Assembly (NCBI GenBank): GCA_963790205.1
Contig: CAWBNQ010000003.1
Span: 672,001 to 736,000, forward strand
Direction: 5' to 3'
DNA length: 64,000 bases
DNA from: Nitrospirota bacterium
GTDB lineage: Bacteria > Nitrospirota > UBA9217
Both the position numbers and the translations under genes were made by a program. The notes below the pieces were generated by a model. That model was not told where the DNA came from. It searched no databases and saw nothing but the letters and a program-made list of their open reading frames with translations. Below are positions 9,959 through 20,330 of this stretch, piece after piece. Position 1 is the stretch's first letter. Each line of letters opens with the position of its first letter.

Positions 9959-12900
9959 GCATCGGGAGAAAGTTCGCCCTCTGGATCGTATCGATTCTGC
10001 TGGCCGTCAGCGCGGTGACGGCATACGTTTTCTACACGATTGAGCTCCGGGAAGAGACGGCGAAGCTCGACCTATTCGGACGGATGGCAGGCCGCATCAT
10101 CGAAGAAAGCCTCATCACGTTCATGCAGAGGCGGGACAATCCCGGGCTCAGCAAAAAACTGGATGACGTCAAAAAGAATGCGGAGACCATCAGCGGGATA
10201 CTGCTGCTGAACAGAGACGGCGTTGTCAAAGCCGCGACAAACAAAGAACTGATCAATAAAAAATTTGAAATTCACGACGCAGGGCGACGGGAGTATCATG
10301 AAAGAGGGATCAAGGGGCTCTCCGCGAACGAAGGGAGCACCTATCGCTGGGCGTCTCCCGTAGAAAACAAACCGGCATGCCAGGCCTGCCACCTGTCCTC
10401 GGTAAAGAACAACGGCGTGCTCGTCATTGATTTTTCCGTTGCCGAATTTAAACGGCATGTCCGGGAGGAACTGGTTAAAGGATTTGTCATCTTCAGTTCT
10501 TCCACGGTCCTCATGGGCATTATCATGGTTTTATTATCCAGGGCGCTCGTCACCCGCAGGCTGGAACGCATGGGCGCAGCGATGAAGGGCTTTCAGCATG
10601 GCGGGTCATCGGTGTTCGCGCCGGTAGAAGGCAACGATGAGATCACGCAGTTGGAAACCGGCTTCAATGATCTGGCGCATGCGATCACGACCCGGGAGCG
10701 GGAAAAGAGCGGGCTGGTCGACCGGCTCAACGCCGCGAATGACCAGTTGCAGCGCGAGATCGCCCAGCGGATACGGTGGGAGCGGATGCAGCAGGAGCAG
10801 CTGCAATTCCTCCAGCTCCTGATTGATACTATTCCGATGCCGGTGTTCTATAAGGACAGGGACGGCGTGTATCTGGGCTGCAACAAGACCTTCCTGGAGT
10901 ATATCGGCCTGACAAAGGACAAAATCGTCGGCAAGACCGTGTACGACATCGCCCCGAAGGAGCTTGCGGATGCATATTATCTCAAGGACAAGGGGCTGTT
11001 CGACCGTCCCGGCGTACAGGTATACGAATATTCCGTCAAGCACGCGGACGGGACCATGCGCGACGTCATCTTCAATAAGGCCACGTACACCGATACCCTG
11101 GGAAATACGGCCGGCCTGGTCGGCGCCATGCAGGACATCACGGAACGGAAGCGGTCGGAGAATGAGGTCCAGGAGGCGCTCCACAAAATCGAGGCGGTGA
11201 TCAATGCGACGCCGCTCGCCATTCAGGCGCTCGATACCGAAGGCGTTGTCATGATGTGGAACCCCGCTGCGGAACGCATTTTCGGCTGGACCGCGGCGGA
11301 GGCCGTCGGGAGATACAACCCCATCGTCCCGGACGACAAACGGGAGGAGTTCAGGCGGATCCGGGACCGGGCCATGAACGGAGAGCCGGCCGCCGGCGTG
11401 GAGATCCTGCGGCGGAGAAAAGACGGAACGCTCATCGACCTGAGCGTGTCCACCGCCCCCCTGCGGGACGCCCGCAAACGCATCATCGGCATCGTGGGCG
11501 TGCTCGAGGACATCACCGAGCGTAAACGTCTCGAGCAAAAACTGGCGCAGAGCGAGGGGCGCCTCCGCGCCATCATCGACACCGAGCCGGAATGCGTGAA
11601 GCTCATCGCGGCAGACGGCGCTCTTCTCGAAATGAACCCCGCGGGACTAGCGATGATCGAGGCTGATTCATTGGACCAGGTTGTGGGCCAACGGATATCA
11701 TCGCTCGTTGCGCCCGAGTACCATGCCGCATTCGAAACGCTTTCCGAGAAGGCGTTCCGGGGAGAGTCAGGCACGCTCGAATTCGAGATCGTCGGACTGA
11801 AAGGGACCCGCCGGTGGCTTGAAACACATTCTGCCCCCTTGCGGAACGCGCGGGGAGAGATTTTCGCCCTCCTGGGGGTGACCAGAGACATCACCGAACG
11901 CAAGAGAGCGGTACAGGTCATTCAACGGAACTACGATACCCAGACCGCAATCAACTGGATATTGCATATCTCCTTGGAAAATCTCCCCCTTGAGTCGGTC
12001 CTGAAGCAGGCGCTCGATCTCATACTCTCCATCCCCTGGCTTTCCATTGAATCACAGGGCAGCATCTTTCTGGTTGAGAGCGATCCGGACAAGCTCGTCA
12101 TGAAGGCCCAGAGGGGGCTGTCGGACTATCTCAAGGAAGAGTGCAGGGTCGTTCCGTTCGGCACGTGCCTGTGCGGCAGGGCCGCGGCCAGGGGAGAGGT
12201 CCAATTTGCCGATGCGCTCGACGACCGTCACGAAATCACTTACGACGGCATCGCCCCCCATGGGCACTACTGCGTTCCGATCATTCACGCAAAAGCGGTC
12301 CTCGGCGTGATCAATCTTTACCTGAAAGAGGGCCATCAGCGGGACCGGCGCGAAGTCGAGTTCCTCAGCGCCATAGCCGACGTCCTGGCAGGAATCATTC
12401 AACGCAAACGGGCCGAAGGGGAGCGCGAAAAGCTCATCAACGAACTCAAAAAACTGCTCGAGATCGTTTCCCGTTCTCAGACGGAATGGCGCGACACCTT
12501 TGACAGCATCACGGACATGATTTCCATCGTGGACCGGGATTTCACTATCCTGAAGGCCAACAAGGCGTTTTCAGCGTATTTCGGTCTTCGCCCCCCGGAC
12601 GTGATCAATAAAAAGTGTTATGAGCTTGTCCACGATGGCGATTCACCGATTCCGAACTGTCCTCATCTGAAGACGATGGCTGAAAAGAAACCGTCGGGAG
12701 AGGAGATCTTCGATAAGCGGACCAAAAGGACGTTCCGCATCTTCACCTTCCCCTATAATTCCCCGGACGGAGAGATCATCGGGTCGATCCATATCATGAG
12801 AGACATTACGGACGACAAGGAGCAGGAGATGCGCCTCATCACCAGCGAGCGTCTTGCCGCGCTGGGACAGATGGCCTCGGGCATCGCCCACGAGATCAAC

Positions 12901-13518
12901 AATCCTCTGGCCTCCATCGCGGGCTGTTCGGAGGGGCTCCTGTCGCGGGTGAAGAAGGGCCAGTGCGACAACGCCCTCTTCGAATCCTATCTGAGCATCA
13001 TCCAGGAGGAGGTGTTCAGGTGCAAGAGCATAACCACGGCAATGCTCTCTTTTGTGAGAAAGACGACGTATGAAAAGCAGGATATAAACCTGGCAGATGC
13101 CCTGGATAAGACCATTGAGATCATAGGCTTCCAGGGAAGGCTGAAAAACATCGAAGTCACAAGAAAGTATCATGAGCCGTCGCCGGTCATCAATGGTAAT
13201 GGAGGCGAAGTGAGGCAGGTCATGCTTGCCGTGATCACCAACGCCCTTGATGCCATGAACGACAAGGGCACGCTCACGCTCGAAACCGGGGCGCGGGAGA
13301 ACAGCGCAATCATCCGCATCAGCGATACCGGAGAGGGGATCTCCCCGGAAGTCATCACCAGGATCTTCGACCCCTTCTTCACCACCAAATCGGAAAGGGG
13401 GGGCACGGGGCTCGGCCTTTCCATCGCCCGCAAGATCGTCGCGAACCATAATGGACACATCGATGCCTCATCAACCCCCGGACAAGGGACGACGTTCACG
13501 ATAACATTTCCGCAGTAA
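9955..13518 (+). CDS. Sensor histidine kinase: periplasmic CxxCH domain, HAMP, multiple PAS, GAF, NtrB-like HisKA/HATPase
   Basis: TM-periplasmic(CQACH)-TM; PAS/PAC units ending DITERKR; GIAHEINNPL; GGTGLGL. Confidence 0.93.
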   Translation: MSIGRKFALWIVSILLAVSAVTAYVFYTIELREETAKLDLFGRMAGRIIEESLITFMQRRDNPGLSKKLDDVKKNAETISGILLLNRDGVVKAATNKELINKKFEIHDAGRREYHERGIKGLSANEGSTYRWASPVENKPACQACHLSSVKNNGVLVIDFSVAEFKRHVREELVKGFVIFSSSTVLMGIIMVLLSRALVTRRLERMGAAMKGFQHGGSSVFAPVEGNDEITQLETGFNDLAHAITTREREKSGLVDRLNAANDQLQREIAQRIRWERMQQEQLQFLQLLIDTIPMPVFYKDRDGVYLGCNKTFLEYIGLTKDKIVGKTVYDIAPKELADAYYLKDKGLFDRPGVQVYEYSVKHADGTMRDVIFNKATYTDTLGNTAGLVGAMQDITERKRSENEVQEALHKIEAVINATPLAIQALDTEGVVMMWNPAAERIFGWTAAEAVGRYNPIVPDDKREEFRRIRDRAMNGEPAAGVEILRRRKDGTLIDLSVSTAPLRDARKRIIGIVGVLEDITERKRLEQKLAQSEGRLRAIIDTEPECVKLIAADGALLEMNPAGLAMIEADSLDQVVGQRISSLVAPEYHAAFETLSEKAFRGESGTLEFEIVGLKGTRRWLETHSAPLRNARGEIFALLGVTRDITERKRAVQVIQRNYDTQTAINWILHISLENLPLESVLKQALDLILSIPWLSIESQGSIFLVESDPDKLVMKAQRGLSDYLKEECRVVPFGTCLCGRAAARGEVQFADALDDRHEITYDGIAPHGHYCVPIIHAKAVLGVINLYLKEGHQRDRREVEFLSAIADVLAGIIQRKRAEGEREKLINELKKLLEIVSRSQTEWRDTFDSITDMISIVDRDFTILKANKAFSAYFGLRPPDVINKKCYELVHDGDSPIPNCPHLKTMAEKKPSGEEIFDKRTKRTFRIFTFPYNSPDGEIIGSIHIMRDITDDKEQEMRLITSERLAALGQMASGIAHEINNPLASIAGCSEGLLSRVKKGQCDNALFESYLSIIQEEVFRCKSITTAMLSFVRKTTYEKQDINLADALDKTIEIIGFQGRLKNIEVTRKYHEPSPVINGNGGEVRQVMLAVITNALDAMNDKGTLTLETGARENSAIIRISDTGEGISPEVITRIFDPFFTTKSERGGTGLGLSIARKIVANHNGHIDASSTPGQGTTFTITFPQ

Positions 13519-13561
13519 CATCGTCTCCTTGTTCATTTTCTCCTCTTCTTTTCACTCCATC

Positions 13562-13598
13562 GGGCATACTGCCCATCCAGTCAGACATCTTGCCTGAC
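13562..13598. promoter_or_regulatory. Tandem palindromic upstream activator sites (putative bEBP enhancer)
   Basis: GGGCA-tac-TGCCC (centre 13568) and GTCAGACA-tct-TGCCTGAC (centre 13589), 21 bp apart. Confidence 0.65.
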
Positions 13599-13648
13599 CG
13601 CCGCGTCATTCCCGACAATAAAGCATCATTAAATCACGATGTTCTGTT

Positions 13649-13666
13649 CCGGCATTTCTCTTGCTA
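13649..13666 (+). promoter_or_regulatory. Sigma54 -24/-12 promoter
   Basis: CCGGCATTTCTCTTGCTA, GG-N10-GC at 13651-13664. Confidence 0.75.
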
Positions 13667-13697
13667 TTCACTATCATCATAACCGGAGGTATCGGCC

Positions 13698-13928
13698 GTG
13701 AGATATCAGTTGCAAGATCCTTTCAGTGACGTCATCGAAGCAGCAAAAGAGGCCGGGATCCGGCAGACCCTGACCCTCGATGGACAAGAAAGGGTCGTGA
13801 ATTATTTTCTGCGTGATTTCGACTCGTTGATCAAGGAAGCCCGCCGGCTGAGGTTTTCTCCTTATGATGACGTTGTACGCATCCGGCAAGCGGCCGCCGC
13901 AACGGGAGTGAGGAGGAGCAGAGCATGA
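13698..13928 (+). CDS. Small hypothetical protein (76 aa)
   Basis: GGAGGT RBS before GTG; stop overlaps the next start (ATGA). Confidence 0.65.
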   Translation: MRYQLQDPFSDVIEAAKEAGIRQTLTLDGQERVVNYFLRDFDSLIKEARRLRFSPYDDVVRIRQAAAATGVRRSRA

Positions 13929-14296
13929 AGATGAACTGCTGGGAGTTTAAAAAGTGCGGGAGGCAGCCGGGAGGCCCGAAGGCGGCTGAACTGGGCGTCT
14001 GCCCCGCGGCCGTAAGTGCGGTTTTGGACGGGGCCCACGACGGGCAGAACGCGGGCAGGGCGTGCTGGGTCGTTGCGGGGTCCCTCTGCGGAGGCAAGAT
14101 CCAGGGCACCTACGCCAAGAAATTGGTGAATTGCTGGAGATGCGAATTTATGAACAAGGTAAAACAGGAGGAAGAACCCGCTCAGTTTGGTTTTTCGCAT
14201 ACCCGTCTCGGGATGGAGCGGAGCCTCGAGCGGCAGAAGCAGGAACGGGCGCCCGGCCATGAAACCGCCGGCAGTCGCCAGCTTGTCAAGAAATAG
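13925..14296 (+). CDS. Two-CW-domain (Cys/Trp-rich) protein
   Basis: NCWEFKKCGR...CPA...NAGRACWVVAGSLCGG...CWRCEF. Confidence 0.85.
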   Translation: MKMNCWEFKKCGRQPGGPKAAELGVCPAAVSAVLDGAHDGQNAGRACWVVAGSLCGGKIQGTYAKKLVNCWRCEFMNKVKQEEEPAQFGFSHTRLGMERSLERQKQERAPGHETAGSRQLVKK

Positions 14297-14333
14297 GCGC
14301 CGTCACGGGCCTGAAAGGCAAGGGAGAGAAGAC

Positions 14334-14657
14334 ATGAAAAAGAGGAATTGCTGGGAGTTTAAACAGTGCGGCAGGGAGCCGGGGGGCAAGAAGGCCGAAG
14401 AGCTGGGTGTATGCCCCGCTTCGTTGGATGACCGGCTCGAGGGCATACACGGGGGGAAGAACGCCGGACGCGCGTGCTGGGTGCTGGCGGGCACGCTCTG
14501 CGGCGGAAAGCCCCAGGGGACGTATGCCAGTAAACACAAGAACTGTCAGCTCTGCGATTTTTACCGCGCAATAAAGGACGAGGAGGGGATGGACTTTCAG
14601 CTGTCGATCGTGCTCCTTCGAAGGCTGGAGACCGGCCTTGTCCCCGCGGGACAGTGA
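14334..14657 (+). CDS. Two-CW-domain (Cys/Trp-rich) protein, second paralog
   Basis: NCWEFKQCGR...CPA...NAGRACWVLAGTLCGG...CQLCDF; GGGAGAG RBS. Confidence 0.85.
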   Translation: MKKRNCWEFKQCGREPGGKKAEELGVCPASLDDRLEGIHGGKNAGRACWVLAGTLCGGKPQGTYASKHKNCQLCDFYRAIKDEEGMDFQLSIVLLRRLETGLVPAGQ

Positions 14658-14704
14658 GCGCGCGCCGGAGGCGGGTGAAGAACAATACATCTGGAGACAG
14701 GAGA

Positions 14705-16696
14705 ATGGGACTGAAGATCGGGACAAAACTCACGATCGCTTTTATGGGAATTGTTTTTCTTCTTTTGACCGTCAGTATCGTGGCGTACGTGAACCTGGGG
14801 AACATGGCCAAAAGCTCGGAGCAGGTGTCGGCGGCCGGCGAGATCAGAAATGCCTGTACCGCCCTGGCCAGGGACTTCATTCGCGAGCAGGACGGGTTTA
14901 CCGACTATGCACTGACCAGGAATCCCGAAGGAAAGAAAGAGACAACCGGGGACGGCGAGCTTGTAAAAAAGGACATTGAAAAACTGAAGGAGCTTCTGGG
15001 GGGAACGGGAGAGGCGGTCTCTTTCGATGACATCGTGAACGTTCACCGGGCCTTTGAAACCACGGGCGAGTTGATGGCGGCCCTCTCTTTTCAGGGAAAA
15101 CCCGAGGCGGCCGATGCCGCCATGAAAAAGTTCAACGGCGTTATTACGACCGTCGAGAAAGAGATGTTGAAACTCGATGCATTTGCAAACAGGAACAGCG
15201 CGGACGCCGTCACAGCGGCCGCTGATGCGAAGAGAACGGCAAATACCCTGATTCTCTCCCTGACGATCGTGTCGGTTATAATCGGCATGAGCCTGGGGAT
15301 ATTCCTTTCGCGGTCCCTTGTCGGGCCCGTGGTCGAGGTCGCCGGCATCGCGCAGAGAATTTCCGGGGGAGACATCGATCAGGAGGTCAGGATCCGGCGA
15401 GGGGACGAGATCGGGGCGCTGTCCGATTCATTCAGAAACATGATCTCTTACCTCAAGGACATGGCGCATACGGCCGAGGCCATTGCCCAAGGCGACCTTC
15501 GCGTAACGGTGGCGCCGAAGTCGGACAGGGATGTGCTCGGAAATGCTTTTTCGATAATGATCGACGGCCTCCGGGGCGTCGTCTGCGATATCAGAAACGG
15601 CGCCGAGCAGATGTCGTCCGCCGCTGTCCAGATCGCATTAACTTCGGAACAGGCGGCAAAAAACAACGAGGCTGCTGCGGCCGGGGTGGAGGAGACCACG
15701 TCCACCATGCATGAGATGTCGGCGAACATTTATAACGTGGCAAGGAACTCGCAGAGCCGGACATCGTCAGTGACGGAAACCTCGGCGTCGGTGGAGCAGA
15801 TGGTTGCCTCGATCCGGCGGATCGCGGACACCGCGAAGCTGTTCGTCGAGCTGTCGCATATATCGAAGGCGGCCGTGAAAAACGGTCTCAAGGCGATGGA
15901 CAAATCCGACAAAGGGTCCATCCAGATCACCCATACCGTGACCAAGTCCGCCGACATGATCTCCACCCTCGGGTCGCGGGTCGAGGACATCGGCAAGATC
16001 GTGGACGTGATCGATGACATAGCTGAACAGACCAATCTTCTCGCCTTGAACGCGGCCATCGAGGCCGCGCGGGCCGGCGAGCAGGGCATGGGCTTCGCGG
16101 TCGTGGCCGAGGAAGTGGGAAAACTCGCGGAGCGCTCGGGAACATCGACGAAGGAAATAGCGAAATTAATTTCCGGCATCCAGGCAAAAACCAGGGAAGT
16201 GGTCGAGCAGATGGGGAAGACCATTCTGATCGTGAGCGACGCCGCGGAAAGCAACAAGGAGGTCGGTCGCTCTCTCAAGGACATAGAAGGCAACGTAACG
16301 GAAGTGGACCGGTACGCCAGGGAGATCAGCGCGGCGACGCAGGAACAGTCCAGCGGGAGCTCCCAGATCGCGAAGGCCGCGGGGAGCCTCAGGGAGGTCA
16401 CGCACGAGATCAGCTCAGCGGCCGAGGAACAGGCGTCGGCGGCCGAGCAGATCGTAAAGACCATGGAGAAGATGCGCGAGATGGTCCACCAGAACGCCTC
16501 GGGGTCGACAGAACTCGCCTCGTCGGCCGAACAGCTTCGTTCCCAGGCGGACCAGTTTCAGGAACTTGTCGGGAAGTTCCTGCTCGACGGCGAAGACCGG
16601 CCGGAAAGGTCTTTTAATAAAATCGGTACAGGGTTGCATCCGGGCGACAATGGTCCCGGGAAGGCTTCACGGCGAGCATTGCCAACGGCCGCCTGA
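14705..16696 (+). CDS. Methyl-accepting chemotaxis protein 1
   Basis: TM-helical periplasmic domain-TM, HAMPs, [30 protein letters not shown]. Confidence 0.95.
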   Translation: MGLKIGTKLTIAFMGIVFLLLTVSIVAYVNLGNMAKSSEQVSAAGEIRNACTALARDFIREQDGFTDYALTRNPEGKKETTGDGELVKKDIEKLKELLGGTGEAVSFDDIVNVHRAFETTGELMAALSFQGKPEAADAAMKKFNGVITTVEKEMLKLDAFANRNSADAVTAAADAKRTANTLILSLTIVSVIIGMSLGIFLSRSLVGPVVEVAGIAQRISGGDIDQEVRIRRGDEIGALSDSFRNMISYLKDMAHTAEAIAQGDLRVTVAPKSDRDVLGNAFSIMIDGLRGVVCDIRNGAEQMSSAAVQIALTSEQAAKNNEAAAAGVEETTSTMHEMSANIYNVARNSQSRTSSVTETSASVEQMVASIRRIADTAKLFVELSHISKAAVKNGLKAMDKSDKGSIQITHTVTKSADMISTLGSRVEDIGKIVDVIDDIAEQTNLLALNAAIEAARAGEQGMGFAVVAEEVGKLAERSGTSTKEIAKLISGIQAKTREVVEQMGKTILIVSDAAESNKEVGRSLKDIEGNVTEVDRYAREISAATQEQSSGSSQIAKAAGSLREVTHEISSAAEEQASAAEQIVKTMEKMREMVHQNASGSTELASSAEQLRSQADQFQELVGKFLLDGEDRPERSFNKIGTGLHPGDNGPGKASRRALPTAA

Positions 16697-16747
16697 CGCG
16701 ACCGGGACCGGAAGACATGCAAGTTTTGACCCAAGGAGGAATACAGT

Positions 16748-17230
16748 ATGGCTAAGAATCTTCAATTGGTCGTGTTCAACATCGGGAAAGAACTGTACGG
16801 CGTTGGCATCGACGCCGTCCACGAGATCGTAAAGGTCCCGGACATCACCGAAGTGCCGGATGCGCCGGCGTTTCTGCAAGGGGTGATCAACCTCAGGGGC
16901 AAGATCGTTCCCGTGGTCGATCTCAGGAAGCGGATGAAACTGGCCGAAAAGGAAAAGACGAAGGCATCGAGAGTGCTCATCACCGAGAACGACGGCCGCC
17001 TGGTCGGACTGCTCGTGGACGCCGTGTCCGAGGTCCTGAAGGTGACGCCGGAATCCGTGGAAGCGCCGCCGGAGATGATCTCGTCCATTGGTGTGGAGTA
17101 CATCACCGGTGTGGCAAAGGTGGGTGGGGGGCTCATAATCCTCCTGAACCTCAAAAAGGTATTCAGCGTCGAGGACATGAAAAAAGTCGGCGCCGTCGTT
17201 GAGAAAGTTGTTGAGCCGAAGGCCGCATAA
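16748..17230 (+). CDS. cheW: Chemotaxis coupling protein CheW
   Basis: LVVFNIGKELYG...GVINLRGKIVPVVDL...GLLVDAVSEV. Confidence 0.95.
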   Translation: MAKNLQLVVFNIGKELYGVGIDAVHEIVKVPDITEVPDAPAFLQGVINLRGKIVPVVDLRKRMKLAEKEKTKASRVLITENDGRLVGLLVDAVSEVLKVTPESVEAPPEMISSIGVEYITGVAKVGGGLIILLNLKKVFSVEDMKKVGAVVEKVVEPKAA

Positions 17231-17288
17231 AGGACAAGTTCAAGAACGTTTTTGAAAAGAAAAATCAATACGTCAGGGAGGAAATGCC

Positions 17289-19340
17289 ATGAAAGAGCTG
17301 TTTAAGAACATGAAAATCGGAGGAAAGCTGGCTGTCTTGGTGGGGCTTATGTCGCTTCTGCTCGTTGCCACGGGGATCTATCTGCTCCGCGGCATTTCCG
17401 GGACCAACAAGCGGCTGACTACAAACATGGCCACGGCCGAGGCCTACACGCGGGCGGCGGGTGACGCGGACGACCTCGAGATAGCGTTCAAGAAACAAGT
17501 GCAGGAGTGGAAAGACACGCTCCTGAGGGGCAACGATCCTGCACTGTTCGCCAAATACCATGATAATTTCCTGAAAGAGGAAGCCGATGTGAAGTCCCGC
17601 GGGAAGGATCTGAAGGTGTCTCTGGCAAAGCTCAACGTGGACACGGCAAGACTGGATGAATTTTTAAAAACACATGCTCTCCTGGGGGAGAAATACCAGG
17701 AGGCGCTGAAAAGCTATCGTTCCGGCAATGTGCAGAGCTTCCGCATCGTGGACATTATGGTGAGGGGAATCGACCGGGAGCCGACGGAGATCATCGATTC
17801 GGTCGCCGAAAACACGCGGAAGCAGGAATCGGAGATGTTCGCGGAAGTGGCGAAAAAATCCGCTGAGTCTTATAACTCCGTTTTCAGGAACTCCCTCATC
17901 TTCATGGCGCTCGGGATCGGGCTGGGTATCTTCCTTTCCCTGGTGATCATCCGCGCCATTACGGTGCCGCTCAACAACATCGTGCTGGTGGCGAACAAAA
18001 CGAGCGAGGGGGACCTGTCGCATGAAGTAACGGTCGAAAGCGCGGACGAGACCGGCATGCTGGCCTCGGCGTTCCGGGACATGATGGCCTATCTGCGTGT
18101 GATGGCAAAGACGGCCGAACACATTTCCGATGGAGACCTTCGGGGAGACGTGACGCCGAAATCGGACAAGGATGTGCTCGGCAACGCCTTCAAGGCGATG
18201 ATCGGGGGTTTGCGGGGCCTTGTCACCGATATGAGGACCGGCGCGGACCAGATGGCCACGGCCTCGGCCCAGATCGCGTCCACCTCAGAGCAGGCGGCCC
18301 GGAATAACGAAGCCGCCGCGACCGGCGTGGAGGAGACCACGTCCACCATGCACGAGATGTCCGCGAACATCCAGAACGTGGCCAAGAACTCGCAGAGCCA
18401 GGCGTCGTCCGTTACCGAGACCTCGGCGTCCGTTGAGCAGATGGTGACCTCGATCCAGCGGATCGCGAACACCGCGAAGCAGTTCATCGAATTGTCGCAA
18501 AAGACGAAAAAGGCCGTGGATGCGGGCCTCGATGCGGTCGAAAAATCGGTCAAGGGCACGGACGAGATCAATAAATCAATCGCCCGCTCCGCGGACACGA
18601 TTGCCGCGCTGGGCACCCGGGTCGAGGATATCGGCAAGATCGTGGACGTGATCGACGAGATCGCCGAGCAGACGAACCTGCTCGCTCTGAATGCTGCCAT
18701 CGAGGCGGCCCGTGCGGGCGAACAGGGCATGGGCTTCGCGGTCGTGGCGGAGGAAGTGAGAAAGCTCGCCGAGCGTTCGGCCAAGTCCACCAAGGAGATC
18801 GCGGAGCTGATCTCGGGCATCCAGAAGGAGGCCCAGGAAGCGGTCAGGGTCATGGAAAAATCCACCCAGCTCGTGGAAAAGGGCGTGGAGATGAGCAGGC
18901 AGGTGGGCGACACGCTCAAGGCCATCGACGGCAACGTGGTCGAGGTGGACAAGTACTCGAAGGAGATCGGCGCGGCCACGCAGGAGCAGTCCTCCGGGAG
19001 CACGCAGATCGCCAAGTCCGCCGAGAACCTGAGGGAGGTGACTCACGAGATCAGCTCCGCGACCGAGGAGCAGGCCTCGGCCGCCGAGCAGATCGTGAAG
19101 ACCATGGAGAAGATGCGGGAGATGATCCACCAGAACGCCTCGGGCACCACGGAGCTCGCCTCTTCTGCGGAACAGCTCCGCTCCCAGGCCGACCGGTTCC
19201 AGGAGATCGTCGGCAAGTTCGTGCTGGACGACGGCGACGGGGCCGTGGTCACATCACTGAAGAAAAAGGCGGCGTCGAAGCCTGACGGCAACGGTTCGGG
19301 AAAAAAGACCGTGCTGCAGGGACTGGCAGGAGCCGCGTAA
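17289..19340 (+). CDS. Methyl-accepting chemotaxis protein 2
   Basis: Periplasmic [15 protein letters not shown] domain, HAMPs, conserved MCP signalling hairpin. Confidence 0.95.
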   Translation: MKELFKNMKIGGKLAVLVGLMSLLLVATGIYLLRGISGTNKRLTTNMATAEAYTRAAGDADDLEIAFKKQVQEWKDTLLRGNDPALFAKYHDNFLKEEADVKSRGKDLKVSLAKLNVDTARLDEFLKTHALLGEKYQEALKSYRSGNVQSFRIVDIMVRGIDREPTEIIDSVAENTRKQESEMFAEVAKKSAESYNSVFRNSLIFMALGIGLGIFLSLVIIRAITVPLNNIVLVANKTSEGDLSHEVTVESADETGMLASAFRDMMAYLRVMAKTAEHISDGDLRGDVTPKSDKDVLGNAFKAMIGGLRGLVTDMRTGADQMATASAQIASTSEQAARNNEAAATGVEETTSTMHEMSANIQNVAKNSQSQASSVTETSASVEQMVTSIQRIANTAKQFIELSQKTKKAVDAGLDAVEKSVKGTDEINKSIARSADTIAALGTRVEDIGKIVDVIDEIAEQTNLLALNAAIEAARAGEQGMGFAVVAEEVRKLAERSAKSTKEIAELISGIQKEAQEAVRVMEKSTQLVEKGVEMSRQVGDTLKAIDGNVVEVDKYSKEIGAATQEQSSGSTQIAKSAENLREVTHEISSATEEQASAAEQIVKTMEKMREMIHQNASGTTELASSAEQLRSQADRFQEIVGKFVLDDGDGAVVTSLKKKAASKPDGNGSGKKTVLQGLAGAA

Positions 19341-19428
19341 TGTCGGAATACCCTCATTCCGTCCCTCCCGAAGCGGGAGGGCGGGTGTGAGAAGGATGTA
19401 CTACGCGATAAAAGGAGGAACAAGTATC

Positions 19429-20310
19429 ATGAAAACGACAGTGAGCAAAATTACGCTTTCTCTTGCAGTGTTATTTCTTTTGACAAGCGCAGCGTCCTGG
19501 GCCGCGGGAATCAAATGGGTCGGATGCGGCGTCTCGAAGAAGGCGTTCATGGGCGCGCTCGCGGCGGCCTATGAGAAAAAAACGGGCGTCAAGATCCAGC
19601 TCGGGGGGGGCGGCGCGACGCGGGGGATCGTGGACGTGGCGGAGGGAAAGGCGGACATCGGCGGGACCTGCCGACACGCGCTGATGCGGCAGGAGGAACG
19701 CGGCATACGGCTCGTCCCTGTCGGGTGGGACGCGCTGGTCGTGCTGGTACACCCGTCCAACCCGGTAGGCAATCTCACGATGGAACAGTTGAAGAGCATC
19801 TATACGGGAAAGATCACCAACTGGAAACAGGTGGGCGGACGCGACCGGAAGATCCTCGTTGTTGCGCGCGCGGGAAAGATCTCGGGAGTGGGACGGATGT
19901 TCCGCGAGCTGGTGTTCAAGAACCCCGATCAGGATTTTACCCCGAACGCCAGGATCGTGGAAGAGTCTACCGGCGTGGAGCAGACCGTTGAAAACGACCC
20001 CGGTGCCATTGCGGTCAGCGGGGTGAGCAGCGCCCATAAACGGGCGGTCAAGCTGGTGCGGGTCAACGGCAAGGCCCCTGTCCGGGAAAACATCGCGGAT
20101 GGATCGTACCTTCTCTATCGCCCTCTCTACCTGGTGACCAAAGTGGACGCTTCTGAAGAGGTCAGGAAGTTCCTCGCTTTTGCCCGGAGCGCGGAAGGCC
20201 AGGCCGTCATTTCGGGAGAGGGCACCGTGAACTTGAAGGAAGGGGCGCGCTTGTGGGCCCTGTACGGCCAGCAGATGAAGGACGCCGGCGTTACGCCGGG
20301 GACATTCTAA
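19429..20310 (+). CDS. Orphan periplasmic substrate-binding protein (PstS/PBP2-like)
   Basis: Signal peptide; [45 protein letters not shown]. Confidence 0.85.
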   Translation: MKTTVSKITLSLAVLFLLTSAASWAAGIKWVGCGVSKKAFMGALAAAYEKKTGVKIQLGGGGATRGIVDVAEGKADIGGTCRHALMRQEERGIRLVPVGWDALVVLVHPSNPVGNLTMEQLKSIYTGKITNWKQVGGRDRKILVVARAGKISGVGRMFRELVFKNPDQDFTPNARIVEESTGVEQTVENDPGAIAVSGVSSAHKRAVKLVRVNGKAPVRENIADGSYLLYRPLYLVTKVDASEEVRKFLAFARSAEGQAVISGEGTVNLKEGARLWALYGQQMKDAGVTPGTF

Positions 20311-20330
20311 AGGACCGCGGGAGGCTCACC

